Shown here: positions 54,975 to 63,295 of the stretch, one piece after another
Position numbering within the stretch: the stretch's first letter is position 1
Layout: each line of letters opens with the position of its first letter
Origin: Octopus bimaculoides
Taxonomy: Eukaryota
NCBI RefSeq assembly: GCF_001194135.2
Contig: NC_068984.1
Span: forward strand, 31,911,953-31,975,247
DNA length: 63,295 bases
Reading direction: 5' to 3'
Notes under the pieces: model-generated
Told to the model about the DNA's origin: nothing
What the model saw: the letters and a program-made list of their open reading frames with translations, nothing else
Databases searched by the model: none
Made by a program: the position numbers and the translations under genes

Positions 54975-55620
54975 CCTACTCTTACTCCAGCAGCTCTTAA
55001 ACTTTCTTCACACATACCTACATAGGAGGCTATATTTACTCTCACTAACTCTTCGCTGTCTTTTGATATTAACTCTCTTCCACATTCCTTTCTAGGTAAG
55101 TATAATCTTGAGGTTCCTGCTCTTAGGTGAAGTCCTCCATTCATATTGAATTCCTTCCTATTTCTTCTGTTTAGATTTGCTAATTTGTATTTTGTCCACC
55201 CTACAAAAGCCGTTGAATATCTAAGTAACGATACTGTCCAAATATTTATAGCCTTCACTAGATTCGAACCATTTAGCTTTGACTTCATTAGCTTCCTCAC
55301 CCTTCTGATGTACTCTTCAATTTTTGCTTACATTTCTATAGTTAGTACTCTGTCAGATTCGAATACTCCTACATACTTATAACTATCTCCTTCTTTCAGT
55401 GATTTTAATGTTTGGCCATTTGGTAATTAAATGCCTTCGTTACTGACTACCTCTCCTTTTTTCATGACTAATATTGCACACTTATGTATGCCAAATTCTA
55501 TACCTATATCTTTACTGAAGAGTCTTACAATTTGCATTACAGATTCTATAACTTTTTTATTCTCACTAGATCATCCATGTAGAGCAAATGGTTAATTTTC
55601 CCATATTGTTTCTAAACTGA
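54975..55620 (-). mobile_element. R4-clade (Dong/Rex6-like) non-LTR RT fragment
   Basis: KINHLLYMDDL (YMDD at 55570-55581), FGIHKCA, KSKLNGSNLVKAINIW, GGLHLRAGTSRLYLPRKECGR. Confidence 0.75.
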
Positions 55621-55715
55621 TACCCTGCCTTTGCCTTTCTTAATGTTAAACAATTATTATTATTGTTGTTGTTGCTGCTGTTATTATCATTATCATTATT
55701 ATTATTATCATTATA

Positions 55716-56130
55716 GGCGCAGAAGTGGTTGTGTAGTAAGTAGCTTGCTTACCAACCAAACGGTTCCGTGTTCAGTCCCACTGCATGGCACCTTGGGTAA
55801 GTGTCTTCGACGATAGCCTCAGGCCGACCAAAGCCTTGTGAGTGGATTTGGTAGACGGAAACTGAAAGAAGCCCGTCATATATATGTATATATCTATATA
55901 AAAATATATGTATGTGTGTGTATATGTTTGTGTGTCTGTGTTTGTCTCCCCAACATCGCTTGACAACAGATGCTGGTGTGTTTACGTCCCCGTAACTTAG
56001 CGGTTCGGCAAAAGAGATTGATAGAATAAGCACTAGGCTTACAAAGAATAAGTCTTGGGGTCGATTTGCTCGACTAAAAGCGGTGCTCCAGCATGGCCAC
56101 AGTCAAATGACCGAAACAAGTAAAAGAGTA
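55716..56130 (+). mobile_element. Full-length SINE family A, young
   Basis: Complete head, core, microsatellite and aagtaaaagagta tail, with CpGs retained. Confidence 0.93.
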
Positions 56131-57444
56131 TTATTTTTTTATTATTATTATTATTATTATTTCGAGTTGGTAGGATCATCAGTGTTTTGAAAAAAGTTTT
56201 CCTATATATATATTGCAGCTCTTTAAGTTCTGATGGTAATTTTACTTTTCATCACCCTCACCCAGCACCAGGTCATTAAATTTTTAAGTACTGGTCAAAT
56301 AGTAAGGACGGTGGAAGTTGCTAAGACTCTCCCCTCAAATTTACTGGCCCTATGCCATATTTGGAAAGAATTAATATTCTTATTGCCCTTTTTTATGTAA
56401 TAAGAATATAATTCAATACATCACTGCAGACTTTGAAAGTATCGTATAAAACTATTTTACGTTTATTCTTTTCTAAGCATTCTAATGCTGGTACTCTAAA
56501 TGAACAGAAATATCATTAACGAGAAAGCGTCTGATGCAAAAATATTTACTGGAAACCTATTTTAAAATGCGTAAACACAAATATCGAACGCGTTTCACTT
56601 TCTCATTTTTTTATTAAAAAATACAAAAAAGCAATTAGACAAACTTAATTCAAATACTATAAGATTACACAAAGAAATAAAGCACCCCTATAGCCACCTC
56701 AACAACAAATATAAGCAGATAGGAGAAACAAATATTAATAACAATATGAAGAACTATAATATATATCAGTCACTTTGGTAAATGAAGAAGAGGTTTTCAA
56801 TTATTTTAAATATAAAAGCCCCTTAAGGCTGTGCAGTTCTGTAGAGCTGAACCATATTAATTTAACGCTAGACTACGCAACACTGCAGATTCACTCAAAC
56901 TGTCTAAGAAATAAATGATAAGACAATTTCATGCTTCCTCTTCTATGAGGAGAATCAGCAGGAAACTAAATTTAAAAACACCCACCACAGACATAAACTG
57001 ATATACCCCACATACTTACATACATACAGAGAGAAACAGAGAGAGAAAGAAAGAGTGAGAGAGAAAGAGAGAGAGAGAGAGTGAGAAAGAGAGAGAAGCA
57101 TCTGAATCGATATTGTAAATATATTTATAGGTATTTCTCAATCTATCATTGTGCGTATGTGAATTCATTAAACAGAACGACTGTTACATCAGAGTTTCGC
57201 TGAGGGCAGCTTCTCAAATGGTGAGGATTGTAAGAAATCTTGGAGATTATGTGAAAAAATAGTGAGTGTATATGAAAGGAAAGTATGAGAAGTGGATGGG
57301 TTTGGTAAGGTACAGAGAGATTTCGAACGTTGGGAAATTTGAAACTGGAGGTTGATGTCAGTAATGGGTGATATTATAAATCATTATTATGAGGAATTTA
57401 ATTTATGTTGTCAATTCTAAATTTATTGCCTGTTTATTGCATTC

Positions 57445-57810
57445 ACAGACATGGCTGCATAGTTAAGATGCACATTTTTTGGGCAAGTCTCTTCTACTGT
57501 AGCCCTGGGCCAATACCATCTGAGGGAATTTAGTAGACAGAAACTGTGTGGAGGCCCGTCACATGTATGTATGTATGTATCTATGTATCTATCTATCTAT
57601 CTATGAATATGTATGTATGTATGTGTGTATGCATGTGCTTGATGCTACCATCGCTTGACAACTGATGTTTGTTTGTGTACGTAACCATAACATACTTGTT
57701 TGGGAAGAGACCAATTTTAATTGCTGGGTTCAGTTTGTTTGACTGAAAACTTGAAGGCGATGCTCCAACATGGCCACAGTCCAGTGACTGAAATAGCTTA
57801 AGAAAAGAAT
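57445..57810 (+). mobile_element. SINE family A, old, internally deleted
   Basis: gggcaagtctcttctact...catcgcttgacaac...gctccaacatggccacag. Confidence 0.75.
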
Positions 57811-57830
57811 ATATACAATTATAAGCAATA

Positions 57831-58203
57831 TTATTACCTCCACCTTTATGAAGTTGGAGGTATTGTTTTCAGTCGTGTTTGTTTGCCCGTTGACAAGATA
57901 TCTCAAGAGCCGCTGAATGGATTTGGATGAAATTTTCATCCTCGTGACTGGCAAGAAATTTTCATCCCCGTGACTGGCACGAACTGATTAGATTTTGGGA
58001 TCGATTCGGTATCGGACAACGATTCTGGATTATTTTTCCTGTTTTTTTTTCTTTTCACTTAACTTTTGAGAGCGGTCGGGTTCATTTTTAGTATTCTTGT
58101 TTGAGAGAGCAGTCAAGTTTATTTAAGATATTTTCATTTTAAAATTCCTGTCTAGCTAATCGTTGAGATGATGTTGTTGTTGGGCTCTCTGAGTGCTCTT
58201 GTT
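57831..58203 (+). mobile_element. Helentron-associated non-autonomous element (HINE/DINE-1-like)
   Basis: 5' ttattacctcc...ggaggta hairpin (57835-57862), tgtttgtttg core, ggatgaaatttt, 3' gctctctgagtgctcttgtt; 26-bp internal duplication at 57929-57979. Confidence 0.65.
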
Positions 58204-58380
58204 ATTGTATAAGTTTAGTAATGATTTCAGCATTAATATCGCTTTCTGAAGAGTTATACGTTAAATGACGAACAATGTTATAAATCGTAGTCTTTTATTT
58301 AAAATATCATACTTGTCTGACAAATTGAATTGTTCTCCATTTACATTATTTTTATGTAAAGAATAAATCAAAATTATTCT

Positions 58381-58518
58381 ATTATGTCTGGAGAGAGTTA
58401 TTCTCATTTCGTGCCTTATTACTTAACACACTCACTGTTTTGATTTCCACTCATTTACTTATCTATTTTTCCTAAAATTTGTGTTGCTTCTTGCAACCTA
58501 TTCAGTAATCTTTGACTC
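58381..58518. mobile_element. Truncated copy of the 5305-5474 MITE, opposite orientation
   Basis: tgtctggagagagttattctcatttcgtgcctt...ttaacacactcac...cttgcaacct...tttgactc aligns to the reverse complement of 5341-5474. Confidence 0.8.
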
Positions 58519-58519
58519 T

Positions 58520-58576
58520 GTCCATTACCAGAGCTGTGTTCATTTTGTTGGTTTGTGTATACACGTATGTATACAC

Positions 58577-58607
<31 letters not shown>

Positions 58608-58880
58608 TGTATGTATGTATGTATCTGTATGCATGTACGCATATATGCATACATATATATATGTGTGTATGTGTGTGTGTATGTTTGAATGTATGTATTC
58701 TGCATATTCACATTTGTGCGTTCCTGTTTGTGTGTTTGTACGTGCGTGTGTGTATTTGTGTGTATCTACGCGTATGGGCTTGTGTGACTATGTACATGTT
58801 TGTTATGTATGGATGTGTGTCTCCATATGTGTCCTTGCGCGTGTGTGTGTGTATGGTCATATATTTCAGTGTTCATTTGT
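58520..58880. repeat. (TATG)n/(TG)n-derived low-complexity tract
   Basis: Directly visible. Confidence 0.85.
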
Positions 58881-58886
58881 GTGTGG

Positions 58887-59060
58887 TTGGGGGACAAACA
58901 AAGACACTCACACATATATGACAGGCTTCTTTCAGTTTTCGTCTACCAAATCCACTCACAAGGCTTTGGTTGGCCCGAGGCTATAGCAGAAGACACTTTC
59001 CCAAGGTGCCATGCAGTGGGAGCGAATCCAGAAACATGTAGTTGGGAAGCAAGCTTCTTT
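58887..59060 (-). mobile_element. SINE family A, 5' half
   Basis: gtctaccaaatccactcacaaggctttggttggcccgaggctatag...cccaaggtgccatgcagtggg. Confidence 0.88.
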
Positions 59061-59379
59061 ATTTCTTTTAAATTGCCATAAAGGCATTACTTAGAGAGGG
59101 ACACTACAACACATATAATAATTAAAGTAAAATATGATGCTATGAATGACACATGAAAACGAACATGAAAAAACATTAAAATCAAAATATTAAAATAATG
59201 ATACCTGAACGATAAGTGAGAAATCATGATATGAAAAGTGTGTTACTCACCCCACACTGAGTAACACCACTTGCCACCTCTGAGTCCTGAGTCGTCTTTA
59301 GTCTTTGATCTAGTCTTTCCTTTACTGTTTTCCTCATCACTGAATGACAACACTTTTAGCTATGTACACGTAACCTTTT

Positions 59380-60075
59380 TCACTGGGGGAGGGATCTTGT
59401 AAATTTTGTGGTGTCTGTTCTTTCATTTTTTGTCCTGTGAGGAGAGGGGGGTTTATGTATGGAGAGGGTTGGTCAGAGTGGTCTTGGGTGGGATGGAGTT
59501 GGTCTGAGGTCTCACATCATACTGACTGTTCTTCCTCTTCTTTCACTTTTTCCTTTTATTCTCTGTCACTGTCCATTCATCCTCCATGTTCATTCCATCT
59601 ATCTGTACTTCCTCCTTTGTCTTCACCGTCTGAACCACCGCTTCTTCTGTCGTTTTCCTCTGTAGAGTACAGTGTGCTCTAATGTGGCCATTTTGGCCGC
59701 ATTTAAAACATCATGGGATTCTACCCTCCACCCACACTCTTAACACAAACTCTCCCAACCTCACCGTCTCCGCCAAACTCTCCAATTGCCTCTCCTCTGT
59801 ATGTATGACGTGGTCCACTGTTTTTCCTCTCTGTCCTCCATCCTCCGTTTCTGTGGCTTGGAGGACAGAAACAGAGCCACCTCCTCCTCACTTCCAACGA
59901 GGACGGCTGCTGCAACCCAAGCCACTTCTATATCGGGTGGAATTCCTTCTACCCTCACCTTAGAAGTTTTTCTTCCAAGGTACGTGGGTAGAAGTACCAC
60001 TTCCTCCATCCTCACCGTTGTACTCGTCAGCCTCTTTGCCTCCTCCACCATCCCATATCCATTTCCTTTCGCTAT
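59380..60075 (-). mobile_element. Probable L1/Tx1-type LINE ORF1 fragment
   Basis: TTVRMEEVVLLPTYLGRKTSKVRVEGIPPDIEVAWVAAAVL, followed by an E/K-rich low-complexity frame; purine-rich minus strand. Confidence 0.55.
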
Positions 60076-60504
60076 GTAGTGCATTGTGGTTTGCTAAAGC
60101 CATATATAGTTCGAAGTTACATTTCCAACAGAAAAGGTTAGCTACTCATGAGAGGTTGGCAACATTTTCTTCATCATACTCGATTGATTCCTTTAACCTA
60201 GGATTGAACAACACGAAACTTGTCTCTTACACACTTCTTGTATGTGCAAGCTATATGCATATCTGGTTTGTTTTAACTATGCATTGACTGGCTACTTATT
60301 TGTTTGGCAAGAGGTGAGGATATTGTGTTCATGGTATGAACTTGAAGGAGCACAACAAAAACAAAGCAATTCTTCTAAACTCGGGCCCGCAAGGACCAAG
60401 AATCCTATACTCGTCTTCTCTAACCTCTAATTCTGGCAACCTTTTACTCCAATTTATATGCGACAACAAGAACAGGATAGAGAATTCTATATTGGTTTTA
60501 AATT

Positions 60505-60706
60505 TTGGCAAAAGGCCAACCTTTCTGGGTGAGGAAGTTAAGTCGATTACATCGACCCCAATGCTCAACTGGTACTTATTTTATCAACTCCTGAGAGGGA
60601 TGAAATGCAAAGTCGACCTCAACGGATTTGAACTCAGAACATAAAGAGAGACAAAATGATGCTAAGCATTTTTCCCGGCATGCTAATGATTTTGCCAGCT
60701 CACCGC
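60505..60706 (-). mobile_element. SINE family C, near full length
   Basis: gtcgattacatcgacccca.tgctcaactggtacttattttatc...aaagtcgacctc..ggatttgaactcagaac...gccagctc. Confidence 0.85.
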
Positions 60707-62432
60707 TCTAGAGCATTCTGGTAATATTGGTTAATATTTCTGCAAGCTGATTGAGTAATATTTAGAACACGTCATCTGATCTAAGTGTGATTGGTTCTAT
60801 TTACTAAAGCTGTACAGTTTCGATTCTAAGCTACACAGTTGAGTGAATAGTAAAAGAAGAAATTATTTTAAAACGTATGGTCTACTTGTATAAAAATTAA
60901 TAAGTATATTTTTCTTATATTATTAGTGTAGTATAGGTATGATATTGATTATTTTTGAAAATTTATAGAATTATACTAAAGATGTTATATGTATACAAAT
61001 AAATTTAATGAAATAGTTTGTGCGTATTTAAACTAATAAATAATGAGGATTAACTCATTTGTGTGAAAGACTTGAAATCAAACAGTTTTGTTGAATAGTT
61101 AAAAACATCAGTAAGTAACGAATATTATATATAACACTGGGTCAAAATAAATGAAACGAGTAATACAATTTTGGTTATGTAGGTAAATACATTAAGTAAA
61201 CGTCTGCATATCTAAAAACATGTAAATGTTTAACTTAGAATGATTAGCAAAGAGAAACGGGTTTTTAATGATGACTAATAGGAAAATAATGATCAAATAT
61301 CATATGTATATATAATGGAATCCATATTAAATATAAAGAATTTTATTTGATGCGTCGTAATTATATATTCAAATAATAAAATTGACAGAAACTAAAAGAA
61401 TTATTCCGCTGACATAGCAAGCAATTTAGCTGCTGAGTCGAGAACTAGAGAGAGAAGCAGACAATATAACAACAGAACAAGGCCTTCTTTATGCATCATA
61501 GAGAAGGCTGCTCAAAGCATCACAGAACAAAATTATGCAAAGCAATACTCCTACATAGCTTATGTTACAATAATAGTCACCGCTATAGATACACTTTATG
61601 TATGTATCCGTATGTACACTTTATGTTTGAAACCGTATGAACGTATGTACACATTTATATATATATGTGTATTTATATCTTATTTTATTTCAAATTTCTC
61701 CCTTTATTTAACGAGTAGATTTTAACATTTCCTATCATGTGACTCTAATAATATTTTCATCTAACATTCAAGATTTTATTCAACTTGATACAAAGAGTAT
61801 ATTAATGACCTTCCAGTTAGTTTGGTAAATGCAACGCATGAAACTCTTGCCCTCGAGTCACTTAGGAAATGTTACAGCCGATTAAACGCGTGTATTTGAA
61901 TATCAGAATATATTGGAATTTTTAAACATTTCTCCATATTTTTGTTGATGCAATGGAGTTCCATTTACTCTTTAACTCAACACTTAAACTATTATTTCCA
62001 AATTCTATTTTACATCTTATTTCATGACTTATTCATATTTTATAATTTTGTTTGTATCACACACACACACACACACACACACATTGTTTCTTTTATTTCA
62101 CTTATTTTACATTACAAGTATTAAATATATATAATTTCATAATGATTACAGCTCTTAATATAATTTATCTCCTTTGCGTCTAAATTTTTTGATATATACG
62201 GATATAATACATAATGAAAGCTCTAATAACACTTGAGAAAAGTTGAGTTCTCTACCTCTTTGGTTTTTGTGTTCGTTACCAAAGCTTCCATTATCTTAAA
62301 GATGTTGAAGTACACATAGATAATCAATTTGCATATACAATACCGGTGAAACAGTGCATTAATGGAAGCATAACTATCCATTCAGACACACACACACACC
62401 CACACACACACANNNNNNNNNNCACACACACA

Positions 62433-62471
<39 letters not shown>

Positions 62472-62558
62472 CAGCTCACTTAAATGTATACTTGCAAAAA
62501 TATATACCTGTTCCCATTTACAAGTGTAATACATGTACACATACATATAAACAAACAA

Positions 62559-62599
<41 letters not shown>

Positions 62600-63044
62600 A
62601 ATATATTTATATATATAATTTTATGCAAGAGTGTTGTTAAGTTTTGGGTAACTAAGCCATCAACGATGGCTAAGCTTCACAACCATGAGTTTTGGGATTC
62701 GATCCCACTGCATGAAAAGTCGGAGAGATGTTGTTAATGGCAGCCTTTCAGTCAATCCAAACATAGTGAATGAAAAAGTAGAAACAGAAACTGTCGAAAA
62801 CTTCGTTTTTGTATCTGCTTTATTGACTATATCTGCATTCAAAGATTAGCTTCGTCACACTTTCACACTGATTCTACTTGAGAATTATGTTAAGGATTAT
62901 GTTTCAAAGCAATGTAATACTTAGTCACTTTGTCCCGCTATTTCCTGAGTATGTCTCCAATGAACAACTGGACACTCATATACACACACACATACATACA
63001 TACATACATACATACATACATACATACACACATACACACACACA

Positions 63045-63078
<34 letters not shown>

Positions 63079-63080
63079 TA

Positions 63081-63278
63081 AATATTAATCTTTCTAAGTG
63101 TCTCTAAACGAGACTACGGCAGCGGTACTGGATATTAATAGTTATCACCAAGCTAAAAAATAGGACGAATGCTGCCGTTGATTAGCCACAAGAGGCCATC
63201 GCCTCTTCGGGCTAATCAACGGCAGCACTCGTCCTATTTTGGGGACTGCCATGTTGGCTTGGCGACAACTATTAATAT
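63081..63278. mobile_element. Palindromic (fold-back) ~200-bp element embedded in (TA)n
   Basis: Nested inverted arms 63132-63153/63257-63278 (20/22), 63157-63187/63210-63240 (30/31) and 63190-63196/63201-63207 (7/7). Confidence 0.8.
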
Positions 63279-63295
63279 ATATATATATATATATA

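Overview
AT-rich eukaryotic (animal) genomic DNA with five N-gaps and abundant microsatellites. The SINE families and microsatellite profile resemble an octopus (coleoid cephalopod) genome; this taxon call is inference from pattern recognition. There is no prokaryotic operon, rRNA, true tRNA gene or CRISPR array, and almost all listed ORFs are microsatellite or SINE noise. The window is a transposon graveyard: several tRNA-derived SINE families, RTE-tailed (GAT)n SINEs, a complete but decayed 1.6-kb Tc1-like DD37E element with ~200-bp IR/DR TIRs and a TA TSD, at least three (probably four) Penelope-like retroelement fragments, L1/Tx1, RTE, R4-like and CR1-like LINE fragments, a probable solo LTR, MITEs and a Helentron-type HINE. 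No host gene could be identified; a few isolated candidate exons are low confidence. Most interesting: (1) a 152-bp tandem array with an inverted first segment and a hammerhead-like motif, inserted in an (AAT)n tract (retrozyme/Penelope-like candidate); (2) a nested hairpin element in (TA)n at the window end; (3) a sharp CpG-depletion boundary near 43.7 kb; (4) a 71-bp-arm AT palindrome beside a candidate exon. Degenerate TE boundaries are approximate.
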